In this document: piece by piece, positions 1-16,934 of the stretch
Numbering within the stretch: position 1 is the first letter of the stretch
Layout: each line of letters begins with the position of its first letter
DNA from: Macrostomum lignano
Taxonomy: Eukaryota
Direction: 5' to 3'
Assembly: GCA_002269645.1 (NCBI GenBank)
Contig: NIVC01002502.1
Location: 62,001-126,000 of the forward strand
Length of the DNA: 64,000 nucleotides
Notes under the pieces: generated by a model
The model's input: only the letters and a program-made list of their open reading frames with translations
The model's database searches: none
What the model was told of the DNA's origin: nothing
Program-made: the position numbers and the translations under genes

Positions 1-336
1 GAATGAGTGAGTGAGTGAGTGAATGCGTGAGTTAGTCAGTGAGTGAGTGAGTGAGTGAGTGAGTGAGTGAGTGAGTGAGTGAGTGAGTGAGTGAGTGAGT
101 GAGTGAGTGAGTGAGTGAGTGAGTGAGTGAGTGAGTGAGTGAGTGAGTGAGTGAGTGAGTGAGTGAATGAGTGAGTGATGATGAGTGAGTGGTGAGTGAG
201 TGAGTGAGTGAGTGAGTGAGTGAGTGAGTGAGTGAGTGAGTGAGTGAATGAGTGAGTGAATGAGTGAGTGAGTGAGTGAGTGAGTGAGTGAGTGAGTGAG
301 TGAGTGAGTGAGTGAGTAAGTGAGTCAGTGAGTGAG
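1..336. repeat. (GAGT)n microsatellite, truncated by window start
   Basis: Near-perfect GAGT tetramer run visible directly; explains the SLTH ORF. Confidence 0.98.
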
Positions 337-954
337 CCCCATCCCAGGAACTCTGTCAGCCATTGCTCCGCCAGGTCAACAGACAAAATATTTCATTCTA
401 TACCTGGCTTGTTTATCATGCAAATTTCAATCTTTTCCAGCGTCACCCCGAAGCAGCAGACTTATTCAGAGGCCAGACCGGGTAGTCATGCCAGTGAGTT
501 CGTGTTGCAGAGCTCACCGGCTTCTTATTGATTCAAGTCATGCAGACCGAATCAAATCAGAACCGGGGCGCCTGTGACTGAAAGTTTAATTAGAAGCTCT
601 CTGCTCAAGTTTTTTTGCTGCTTCTAGAGGCAAATTAACGCCTGAATGCATCTCAATTAGAAACGTTATTGTTCGCATGCTACTGTACTGGCTTCTCTTG
701 CTCTTCATCTGCCATCTCTAGCAGGTTTGAAGTTTTTGAGCTGCTCCGCTGATTCAATAAATTTATTTCACGCTTCGTTGAGAAATTAACTTTTTAAGGG
801 CGAGTGAAATGAGAAAAGCTTTTTGTTTCAGAGTAATAATGAACTGGTGAAGAAGCACTGCATGGATGGAGCTGGCAGAGAGAAAAAGGGGAAATAGCTC
901 GTATGGTGCAAAATAGAGGCTACACAAAAAGAGGGACTGGAAAACTGAGAAAAC

Positions 955-1400
955 TGGAGAGACTGCATGAGGAGACTGTGGAGACTGGGGAGACTGGGGA
1001 GACTGAGGGACTGAGGAGACTGGGGGACTGAGGAGACTGAGGAGACTGGGGAGACTGTGGAGACTGGGGAGACTGGGAGACTGAGGAGACTGAGGAGACT
1101 GGGGAGACTGAGGAGACTGAGGAGACTGGGAGACTGGGAGACTGAGAGTAGACTGAGGAGACTGAGGAGACTGAGGGAGACTGAGGAGACTGAGGAGACT
1201 GAGGAGACTGAGGAGACTGAGGGAGACTGGGAGACTGAGAGGAGACTGGAGGAGACTGAGTGAGACTGGGGAGACTGAGGAGACTGAGGAGACTGAGGAG
1301 ACTGAGGAGACTGAGGAGACGGGGAGACTTAGGGAGACTGAGGAGACTGAGGAGACTGGGGAGACTGAGTAGACTGAGGAGACAGAGGAGACTGAGGAGA
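955..1400. repeat. ~9-bp GAGACTGAG/GAGACTGGG tandem repeat
   Basis: Direct inspection; produces the RRLRRL/ETE/SLL ORFs. Confidence 0.95.
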
Positions 1401-2464
1401 ATGAAGAGAATGAGGAGACAGCTCATAGAATGGGAGAATACGAAGGGGGGATTAAGATTGAGGCCACACCAGCGGCCAATAGGAGTCCTGTGGGATCCCA
1501 GATTGGGCAGTAGAACTCTTAGCTTTTCCCATCTCCAGATCCAGATCCGGCCTCATCTGTCTCGACTGTCGAATCCCAGCCAGCTGTCCGAGAGCACCTC
1601 GGAACTGCTTCATCTGTCTCGCCTGTCTGGAGACCCCAAGGCTCGCTATTGGCCCATGCAAGTCTGCAGCAGCAGTGGTGGCGGCCGCCACTTCCCCCCC
1701 ACACCTTCATGCGATGTGGATTTTCGTTGGATATCCCCTCATCTCTCACTCTCTCTGTCTCAATAGATGCGCATGACGCAATTCCGGTTACCGCCGCCCA
1801 CGCCTCCTCCGCGCTTCAGAACCCACGCCCCAGCAACCCCAGCTCGGTTATAAATGCCCAACTGGAAGCCTCGTAGCTCGGCGCTTCACCCTTAGACATT
1901 TTTAAGAAATATTCTCAGCTCTCGCCGAGAGTCGCCGGGCTCCGCATGTAAGTTTCTTCAATGATGGATGCTTGAACTTTTTCTGAATTTGTCTCTCGCC
2001 CGCGGGCCCCAGAATGACTGAGGTTGCTCCTAGCAGCCGGAATGGGAGAATTTCCACAGCTTTTTCCCTACTCCACTGGGGATTTGGGGGATTTGCCAGT
2101 CGCGCATGCAGAGAGTCGCTCGCTGTCGCATGGTCAGCCGAAGTGCCAGATAAATTGCACATATTTGGAGGGCTGGTGTGGGCGGCCGCATGTGTTGCAT
2201 GCTGCTGGTGTCAAATGGCTGCATTCAACAGGGCTGGGTGACCCCAGCAGCCTTGCTTGCCCTCTTTCTCTCGGGTAGTGCGCAAACTGAAAAGTGAAAA
2301 AGAAGAGCGGATTTTGATAGCGGGTTTTTCGGGTGTTGCCACTAGGGGCGGATTATGAGACGGATTTTATACAGCCGATTTTATAGTCCCAGAACATTTT
2401 AAAGCCCAAGTTTCAGGCCGGACGTTGAGTTGAGAGTGGATTTCGGGGTGGATTTTGTGGGCGA

Positions 2465-2745
2465 AATTTGGGAGCGGATAATAGGGGCGGAGTTTAAGGG
2501 CGGATTTTGAGGGGCGGATATTAAGGGCGGAGTTTAGGGGCGGATTTTGAGGGGCGGATATTAAGGGCGGAGTTTAGGGGCGGATTTTGAGGGGCGGATA
2601 TTAAGGGTGGAGTTTGGGGGATTTTGCAGGCGGATTTTGGTGTCGCGGATTTAGGGGGCGGATTTCGGGGGGGGAGGATTGGGGGCGAAATTTGGGGGAG
2701 GGGACGGATATTAAGGGCGGGCGGATTTTGGGGGCGGAAAAAGTG
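2465..2745. repeat. G-rich GGGCGG-core degenerate repeat with a ~40-bp higher-order unit
   Basis: GGGCGGATTTTGAGGGGCGGATATTAAGGGCGGAGTTTAG repeated about three times near 2498-2610, flanked by looser GGGCGG/GCGGATTT copies. Confidence 0.85.
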
Positions 2746-3163
2746 CGGAGAGGATTTTTAAGCTTTTTTAGGACAAATTTTTGGCCTTTCAAACCCAAAG
2801 TGCTGTTTAAACCAGAAGCTAAACCCTATTGCAATTTGCAAACTTAAAACTTCATTGACAGCCTGCCCTCAGTCCGTCAGTCAGCTAAAGAATTTCACAT
2901 TGTCTGAGAAGTCTGCAGCTGCCGCTTCACTTTCTCCAAGCACTTTTATTCATCAATGCCAGTAGCGAACCGCTTGTCTCGTAGTTCAAAGTACTTTGCA
3001 GTGCAACATTCCACCTTGAGTGCTACGCTGTAGCCATTTTAGGATTCAAAACCTGTTAGAATCCTGCCCGCCTCCCGCTCCATCCTTGAGCGAATTTTGG
3101 CTGCTCAAATGCATTTATTGAAGTGCATTCCCACTGGTAACTCAATTCGTTTTTATGACAGCT

Positions 3164-3745
3164 GGGATTTGGGATTTGGGATCTGGGATTTGAGATCTGG
3201 GATTTGGGATCTGGGATTTGGGATCTGGGATTTGGGATCTGGGATTTGGGATCTGGGATTTGGGATCTGGGATTTGGGATCTGGGATTTGGGATCTGGGA
3301 TTTGGGATCTGGGATTTGGGATCTGGGATTTGGGATCTGGGATTTGGGATCTGGGATTTGGGATCTGGGATTTGGGAACTGGGATTTGGGATCTGGGATT
3401 TGGGATCTGGGATTTGGGATCTGGGATTTGGGATCTGGGATTTGGGATCTGGGATTTGGGATCTGGGATTTGGGATCTGGGATTTGGGATCTGGGATTTG
3501 GGATCTGGGATTTGGGATCTGGGATTTGGGATCTGGGATTTGGGATCTGGGATTTGGGATCTGGGATTTGGGATCTGGGATTTGGGATCTGGGATTTGGG
3601 ATCTGGGATTTGGGATCTGGGATTTGGGATCTGGGATTTGGGATCTGGGATTTGGGATCTGGGATTTGGGATCTGGGATTTGGGATCTGGGATTTGGGAT
3701 CTGGGATTTGGGATCTGGGATTTGGGATCTGGGATTTGGGATCTG
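3164..3745. repeat. Heptamer dimer (GGGATCT-GGGATTT)n
   Basis: Alternating 7-mers form a 14-bp unit; explains the GIWDLGF ORFs. Confidence 0.97.
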
Positions 3746-3958
3746 GCTCCGATTTAGGCTTTGCCGTTCTTGATCTGGAACTTTACGATAAAAATCCGAT
3801 ATCTTGAGTCTGTTATTTTATTCGGGTAAAATCGCGGAAAAATCGAACCAATGGAAACTCGATCTGTTTGCCCCACCAGATGCGTTCCGTCTGTTGAACC
3901 GAAACGGCGAAAATTGAAAAAACAGCCGCCCCAAGGCTATAAGCTATTTCTCCGTCGG

Positions 3959-4698
<740 letters not shown>

Positions 4699-5189
4699 GA
4701 ATCTCAGGCTGTTTCTAAGAAATCGGGAAGCTCGAAACAGTGAATCTCCGCCCTCCGCCAGACCCGAGTCTGCTGCGGGGGGATTAGGACCGGATGACGG
4801 GCTGGGAAAGATTAATGGGATTCGCCAGCCACCCGGAGGGCAGCTGGAGCATTTCCTGTTGTGTTCTGAAATCGCCAAGCAACAAGACGAGACGGCGGCA
4901 TCCAACTTGAGAGAGAAGGCGAGCGCCAGGGGATCAGTCTCGGGCGCCCGGAGCCCCAGTTCGCATTCGGGAATTCGACGGCCGCGCAAAGCCTTCTTCA
5001 GATTTGGGTGGCCGCGAGTTCATTGTAGAAGCGCCAAAATCTCACGACTCTACCGGCTCTGGAATCTGGCATCCTGCTTTCTTAGAAAATGATTTGGAAA
5101 TCTGGAGTTCTTGACTTGTAATTGCTTCGTAGATTAAGAATTCACAACTCTGAGTATAAATTTGATATCTGAATTTGAAATCTGAATTT

Positions 5190-5671
5190 GGGATGCGGGA
5201 TGTGGGATTCGGGATGCGGGATTCGGGATGCGGGATTCGGGATGCGCCTGGATGCGGGATTCGGGATGCGGGATTCGGGATGCGGGATTCGGGATGCGGG
5301 ATTCGGGATGCGGGATTCGGGATGCGGGATTCGGGATGCGGGATTCGGAATGCGGGATTCGGGATGCGGGATTCGGAATGCGGGATTCGGGATGCGGGAT
5401 TCGGGATGCGGGATTCGGGATGCGGGATTCGGGATGCGGGATTCGGGATGCGGGATTCGGGATGCGGGATTCGGGATGCGGGATTCGGGATGCGGGATTC
5501 GGGATGCGGGATTCGGGATGCGGGATTCGGGATGCGGGATTCGGGATGCGGGATTCGGGATGCAGGATTCGGGATGCGGGATTCGGGATGCGGGATTCGG
5601 GATGCGGGATTCGGGATGCGGGATTCGGGATGCGGGATTCGGGATGCGGGATTCGGGATGCGGGATTCGGG
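5190..5671. repeat. Heptamer dimer (GGGATGC-GGGATTC)n
   Basis: Alternating 7-mers, 14-bp unit. Confidence 0.97.
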
Positions 5672-5967
5672 AGATAAGCTACATGCAGACGCAATGTAAC
5701 ACGTGTAATGTATTTCATATCACCGCCTTGAGCTACAGTCATCCCTCTTGAATTTCCTATACTATTGACTTAACAAACTGAAATCGGAGATAACTGCTGC
5801 TGATCAACACTCTGCAGATAAAACCTGTGATTTTGGTGGCCTCTGGCCTGCAATCAGCAGTGTGCTGCCTCGGATAATCACTACTTTTGGCTCTGGCAAC
5901 TGTTAATTGTAGCCTAGTGCGGGGAACCAGGTGAACAACCTGTTTCCTAGAAATAGTCGGCCGACAC

Positions 5968-6068
<101 letters not shown>

Positions 6069-6232
6069 CAGGCAGGTATCGAGCTAGTACTCATAAGCAA
6101 GAAAAGACAGAAATCATTTTCAAATCAAAAGACAGTGACATTTGCGAAAATGTGACAAGATTTTTGGTATTGAAGTCGAACAACAAAATGAAAACTCGGC
6201 ACCTAAAACTCTCGCCTCGCAGCGCCAGCGAC

Positions 6233-10239
<4,007 letters not shown>

Positions 10240-10327
10240 CAGCCAACTGGTGATGCGGCTGAGCCAAGCAAGGAAACTGGAGATCTCATCTGAAACTATA
10301 TATGTAACACTGAGCTTTGTGGCGTTT

Positions 10328-11050
10328 TGTCTATGGTAAAACAGTGTGTCTATGGTTTTGTCTGTGGTAAAACAGTGTGTCTATGGTTTTGTCTGTGGTA
10401 AAACAGTGTGTCTATGGTTTTGTCTATGGTAAAACAGTGTGTCTATGGTTTTGTCTATGGTAAAACAGTGTGTCTATGGTTTTGTCTGTGGTAAAACAGT
10501 GTGTCTATGGTTTTGTCTGTGGTAAAACAGTGTGTCTATGGTTTTGTCTGTGGTAAAACAGTGTGTCTATGGTTTTGTCTGTGGTAAAACAGTGTGTCTA
10601 TGGTTTTGTCTGTGGTAAAACAGTGTGTCTATGGTTTTGTCTGTGGTAAAACAGTGTGTCTATGGTTTTGTCTATGGTAAAACAGTGTGTCTATGGTTTT
10701 GTCTATGGTAAAACAGTGTGTCTATGGTTTTGTCTGTGGTAAAACAGTGTGTCTATGGTTTTGTCTATGGTAAAACAGTGTGTCTATGGTTTTGTCTGTG
10801 GTAAAACAGTGTGTCTATGGTTTTGTCTGTGGTAAAACAGTGTGTCTATTGTTTTGTCTGTGGTAAAACAGTGTGTCTACTGTTTTGTCTATGGTATGTC
10901 TATGGTAAATCAGTGTGTTGACGGTTTCGTCTATGGTAAAACAGTGTGTCTATGGTTTTGTCTTTGGTTAAAACTGCAGTCACAGTGTGTCTATGGTTTT
11001 GTCTGTGGTAAAACAGTGTGTCTAGGTTTGATTGTGCTAAAACAGTGTTT
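10328..11050. repeat. 31-bp minisatellite GTCTATGGTTTTGTCT(G/A)TGGTAAAACAGTGT downstream of C16orf89
   Basis: Contiguous units with no spacers, about 20 copies. Confidence 0.95.
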
Positions 11051-14044
11051 TTTATAGTTTCGTAAGTCCACAACACACAAGATGAGAAATCTTAAGTTTA
11101 TTGCTAGAAAGCGATGAAGCGCCCTTAATGTTTGTTTTTGGTCAGATGTCGCATGTTTGGAAAAACAACACTTAATTTCATGAGTCTACGATTTGAAGGC
11201 CGATTTCCTCAAAGGTTCAGTTTAGAGCATGCTTTATCTGGTCAGTGGAAAATTCCAGTATCAACATAATTTGTTTTCAGTCTGCAGCCGTGTCACTTTA
11301 AGAGTTTCTGCCTGCTATTGCAACCGCCCAAGATTATCGATAACTAAAATCAACGTCCAACTAAAATATATCAACAATGACTTTTCCTGCATCAAGTCCG
11401 TAGCAAATTATATATGCGAGTATACATACACTCGGTTAATTTTGATTCAAACAAATATTAGATTTTTTGTTGTTTGTTCATCTTTAAAAGTTATTTGATT
11501 AATATTTTTTCCACTTTAGTACATGCGCTATGCATGGGTACAAGCAAGAAAATTACAATCTTACGTATAGCTCGTACATAATTTCAATCTCGGACCTTTA
11601 TTGTAGACTATAACCATTTTTGTTTTTAGCGATTTTAAATGTACTATTAGACAGTCTATGCAACAATGAAAGTGAAACCCAGAAAAATTTAATGTATGTA
11701 TGAATCGCAAATAGTATACACTAATACACGTGGTTGTTTTTTGTAAGACATCCTCCTGCGGATGGACTAGCTATACATGTAATTTCTTGCATTTCAGCCT
11801 CCTCGTTTCGAGTCAACTTACATGTAGTAAAGGGCTAATTCTATAGCGGCAATACGAGCATGCAGGATGCAGTATCGGCTCATAAAAAATCATACCTTAA
11901 GCGCTCAGTTGTAGTCTCATAGCAGCTGCCGCTTAATTTTCCTAGTAGTTTCATGCCTAGTATTGTCGATACACTATTTACTCTCGATAATGTACTGCTT
12001 GACGTACAAGGCCAGATAGCTACCATATGTATAAACTACTACTGTAATCCGTTAAAAAGTTGACTCTCAAATTACAAAACGCTGTCCCTCTGCGCAAAAA
12101 GAGCAAATCAGCGAAAGCACATCTCGCACAAAGACGACGTCCAGTAAATGGATTATGGGATGCTCGTGGCGGCCCAGCACCTCCGATTCGGAGGGGGCGG
12201 TGGTTTGGCTGGTCACCCCCTCCTCCAGCGAATTTTTAGAATTAGAGCAACGGCATTACGCTTAAATCTCACAAAAACGCATACTAAAAAACTATGGTTG
12301 GTCATCCCACGGAGGATGGGAGGATTGTCACGTGTTTTGTCGTGACGAAGAAATACTAGTTGAGACAACACGGCGGTTTGTAGCGGTAGCACTGGCAATA
12401 TCGTGGCAACAAGTTGGCCGTAGGCTTGTTTATTTGAGTAGTAGTCAGATTTACACAAAGGTTAACAGTTTCAATATAGTGGACTACTGTACTGGGCACT
12501 GGCGGCAGCGCAACAATAAGTTGAGTTAAGTTGAAGGCGGTTGAGCACGATGAAGGTGATCCCAAGTGGCGAATGATGGCAGTGAGCAAACAGTGCAGTG
12601 GCACTAGGAGAATAGACTGGCAGTGGAAAGGCGTAAACAGGTCTGGCTGGCGAGACGGGCCCAGACAGGGTGGGCCGTGGCGAGAGATAAGGCAGGCACG
12701 GAGAGAAGGCAAGAGAGAGAAAACGCAAGGAAGGAAAGGAGAGAAAGAAGGAACGAAAGTGAAAAACCCAGCCCGCCGCCAGACGGGGGTTAATAAGGAG
12801 CGCAAAAGGGGGTAGCATAAAACACGGAGAGTTTCATTGGCTGGCGAGAGAACTTGAAATTATCGATCGTGCCAAAATTCACAGACGAGCGCAAGGCCTA
12901 CCAAATACACAGTGAATTAGCAGTTGATACAGATTATTTGCACGCTACTACAAGTAAACGTTAAAATAAACTATTGGAGAAATTAAAATGAGAAATAGCA
13001 AGGGAAACTACAGTCCAATGGCCCTTTTGCGGGACCACTTAAACTAGCAACGTCACAGGATGGTCACCCCTCGGCCCCCAGGGAGCTAGGAGGGTGCATG
13101 GTGACCCGGAGGCTGCAGCCCCTCTGCCCCGCCTGCATCGGCGTAGCCACTGGGAATAACTAGAATAATAAATGTAACATTGTAAATTAACGTGTTAATC
13201 AGATTGTTACAAAGCACGATAACTATAAAATATGTCTGTTAGGGTTTAATCGTGATTTTTTACAGTTACAACAAAACCGAATTATAGCACCAAAATATTT
13301 GTCTTTCTAAGAATATCTAATAAGTGCTCCTATCGTCTCTCTACTTGCTTCGTTTTTCTATGCAAATCGTATTCAGCGCTAATTTGAAAAGCATCATTTG
13401 TCATCAAAATCTGACATCAACTTAATTTTAATTATTTAAACTAGTCATAGAAGAATTGCGCGATAGTGTTGGTTTCAAGAAGAAATATTCGCTTCGTATT
13501 TTCCAAGGGGTACACATGCAGATTAGAGCGTCAGACAAATGAGAACACTGACATAGATGGAGCTAGCTCAATAGTACAACTACATACCTCATGCTCATGG
13601 CGCATACTAAATATCTTCTTCTAATCTAATAGTAATATCTAATCTAATGTAATGAAATACTCTAGAAACAATTATTGTTAGGAACTTTAGTGAGGGCGAC
13701 TTGCCAGGGTGAATTGCCAATATGCATAGTTGAAATTTTGACAAAATTATCACTGTTTTTCTTTTTACTTTTCAACAGATTAGCTTAAATTTTGCCCCTT
13801 GTCAAGAAACAACTTTAATATATGCTAAATAATTATGTCTAGCTACTACAAGAGGAAAAAGGAATTAAAGCCGTAGGCTATAGCAAAAATTGGCAACAAA
13901 TGTTTTTTATGTGGTCCCTGTGGTCCCCACCCCATGCATTTTAGGTCAAAACTGTCTTTTAGGCTATATTGCAAAGGTTTTACCATTTTGGATATTTTTA
14001 TTCATAGATAGGGGCCTAAAGGATAAAAAGCTAAAAATGATAGA

Positions 14045-14400
14045 TTTGACATAGGGTTGACTTTAATTCCACCACTAAGTAAGCCACCAAGTTGTAATAG
14101 TGGTTGTACTTCTACTCTCTCTAAAATTCCACTAATGGCAATGCTACCAAGTTGACATAGGGGTCTAATTTCTCTCTTTAACAATCACCCACTATCAGTC
14201 ACCAAGTTGATATAGGGGGTTACTTACTTCTCTAATATCACTTAATCCTAAAGCTAGCACCAAGTTGTCAAAGGGCTCAAGCCTCAAACCCCTCTCTTTA
14301 AATCTCAATTGCTACTACCAAAAGTTGTGATAGTGTCTATAATAGGCCTAACCCTAAAGACTTACCAAAGTTGTGCTAGGGCTAGGGCCTATTTCTTCTA
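14045..14400. repeat. Degenerate ~57-bp tandem repeat with conserved ACCAAGTTG core
   Basis: ACCA(A)AGTTG cores at about 14086, 14146, 14201, 14259, 14317 and 14364 (spacings 60, 55, 58, 58, 47), each followed by A(T/C)AGGG-like and CTCTCT-like remnants. Confidence 0.75.
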
Positions 14401-16679
14401 CTATAATTTACTCTTTAAAACAAACAACAATATACAAAATCTATTGAGTATAGGAAATATTTATAATATTTTTTAGGAAATTTCATTGTAAAACTGAGAC
14501 CTATTACATATTATTGGACATAGATTTTACAAAACTAAAATTGGTTAACTTAAGTAAAAGGATTTATATCACAAATATTGAGGTGGGGCAGAGAAAAGAT
14601 TTTTCTTGGAATAGGTAGTTTTGAAATTAGTTGACGACACCAGTGAGGTGGGGCGAATTCCATATTTGGATTGCCGCCTGCATTGTTTCTGCACTTGTAA
14701 AGCTGGAAAATTTCACAGAATAAATTGGATGCTTTTCTCCTTTGTTACTCCGACTGCCAGGTTCCTCAAGTCCGGGGGGATAGTAGTCGTGATCGTAGCA
14801 GAGTGGTCGTTAGAATAGCATGGTTGTTCAGATAGTAGACACCGGAGCTTTTGACCATAGAAATTACGCGTTGAAATTGCTGAATTGCTTATTTTTAGTA
14901 GGGTAGAGCTGCCACCACCGTAATTTGCGTATGAAGTCTCAGACTTTCTTTGAGTCGAGAACTTGGTTATTTTACGCCCCACGGGCAAATGACTTAATAT
15001 AGACTAGCGAAGGCTTCAGTTAATTGATAAGGAAGTGAAGCAGCAAATTTAATATTGTTTATTAGAGTTTAATGGCGGGTTAATTTTTATTAGTTGACAA
15101 GAGATGGTAACTTTATTTATGCAATAGAGAGCAATGCACTGACAAAATCAATGTTCCAGCATGCCAGGGTGCTAAATTTAACTATAGGATCGCAAACTTA
15201 ATTAATAAAACAAACTAATAAAGAAAAGTTAAAATAATCAAGGAAAACAGTAGGAGGAAGGAAGAAGACAAAGCATGAGTAAACGCTTCGATTTCACATA
15301 GATTAAATATTACACCAAAGAAATTGGGACATTAGCTAGGATGAGCAAAGCCAACACTGGGGCCAATTCCATAATCCAACAGTGGTACATTGATTGGCAT
15401 AACAAAGATAATTAACAAAAAAATAAGCAAAAGTAAGTTAGAGCATGGGGGTGGAGCAACAAAGGGACCACCAACGGGAAAGGGGCAGGCCACAAAAGGG
15501 TGCAACAGAGGAACCAGCCAAAGGGGCAAACCTGGGAACAGGAGATGGCGGGAACTACGTCATTGTCACCTCATGGTGGACAGAAGGGACCAAACCCAGG
15601 GACAAACAAAAAACACCGTGGTAGCCTCACTTACCACAATATTAATAAAAAAACAAGTTTTGGATAAAAATGACTTGGAACTAATTAAAAGGGCAATAGA
15701 TTAACAAAAGGATAGTAGTCAAAAAGATGATTGTCTAAAAGGCAATAGTCAGAAAGGTGATAGTCACAATATATTTATTGGAATTATAAGATCAAATTCA
15801 AATATATTAGATGAATGATTAGATGTATTAAATATATTCCAATTATCTACTAAGATAGATTAAATATCTACTAATAAATTTTCAATTGGCTTGGTTAGCT
15901 ATTGTAGTATTATGATAATATTTAAGATTAGATACCTTATATTAGTTATACTCATTTTTTGCAATAATATTTTTTGCAATGTGTTTTGTTGTGATTTAAT
16001 TTTTTGATAGTTATAACATTAATACAATATTTAAAAAGTTAAATATAGCAGCTCTGCTTTAAAAATAATTAAAAGTAGAGTTTAGCTAGTTTTTTTATAA
16101 TAAAAAATAAATCATTTAGACAAATTGCAATCAATGTAACACTATGGTTACCAATTGTTTATTATTTAGTCTATAGTGTCCCAGGGCTAATTTCTATCCT
16201 CTGAGATGATCTTAATTTTTAATATTTACAATATTTCTGATATTATACATGGTTAAACAAATTGGCATACTTTCAAATACAATACTTTCTAGGAAATCAT
16301 TGCTAAAGAATAAGGCCTCAATAGTGTACATAATGTATAGTATTATGTTGTATATAGTGCCATTTATATAGCTACGAGCTAAATTGACATTGAAACCATA
16401 TCTATGACAATTAATTGGCACTCAAGTCTTATCTATATTACTAAGGTTATTGCTTATGGCACAAATAAAGCAATTACTGAAGTAAATTTCACTCTTAACA
16501 ATAAAATCTTATTTTGCTGCCAAAAATCTTACCCTGAATTTGTCCATTGATGCCTATTGTGTATTACTACTAATAGTAGAATTGTCACCATGAGGCTTTG
16601 ATTTGTAGCATTGATGCTTCTGATACATACATGCCCAATGTCGAAATTTCACCTAGCCAATAGCCATGCAACTTTTTGC

Positions 16680-16770
16680 CAAAATGTGACTTACTTATGA
16701 AATTTTAGGTAACCGGAAGGAGTAACTATAACTGTATTGTTAAGGCTAAATGCCTCGAAATCTAATTAGT
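16680..16770 (+). pseudogene. Degenerate 28S rRNA fragment spanning the conserved R2/I-PpoI target region
   Basis: GGTAACCGGAAGGAGTAACTATAACTGTATTGTTAAGGCTAAATGCCTCGAAATCTAATTAGT aligns to eukaryotic 28S GGTAAACGGCGGGAGTAACTATGACTCTCTTAAGGTAGCCAAATGCCTCGTCATCTAATTAGT (recalled), with exact blocks GGAGTAACTAT, TTAAGG, AAATGCCTCG and ATCTAATTAGT. No further rDNA nearby. Confidence 0.8.
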
Positions 16771-16934
16771 ACTAAATCTGTGTTTCTTGAGTCGGCGTTT
16801 TTGCGAGTTTCCCCTTGGCCAGGCCTCTCGCCACCCGGCCGGGTGTTGGGCATGTATTTTCTGATAGAAAAATAAGTACCAAACTGCATCTTATATTAAT
16901 GCATGCAGCTCCGCTAATCCCAGCTTAGTTAGTC

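Noticed and set aside
1885-2000. hAT C-terminal dimerisation-like spacing (PLDIFKKYSQLSPRVAGL..SE)
   Set aside because: The key Trp and FS residues are missing and there are two stops; the segment fits a spliced exon equally well.
2915-3036. Brinker/pogo-type HTH remnant (YSVALKVEC..GIDE*KC, minus strand)
   Set aside because: Similarity is too short and stop-interrupted; no DDE domain nearby.
10328-11050. CRISPR-like look of the 31-mer (GTTTT...AAAAC ends)
   Set aside because: Units are contiguous with no unique spacers, the context is eukaryotic, and there are no cas genes.
12150-13155. Non-autonomous DNA transposon (CAGTGGC-type end at ~13152)
   Set aside because: Only one end resembles a TIR; no matching inverted end or TSD was found.
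14650-14990. Penelope-like ORF remnant (DFIRKLRWW motif, minus strand)
   Set aside because: One short motif amid many stops; no RT or GIY-YIG motifs seen.
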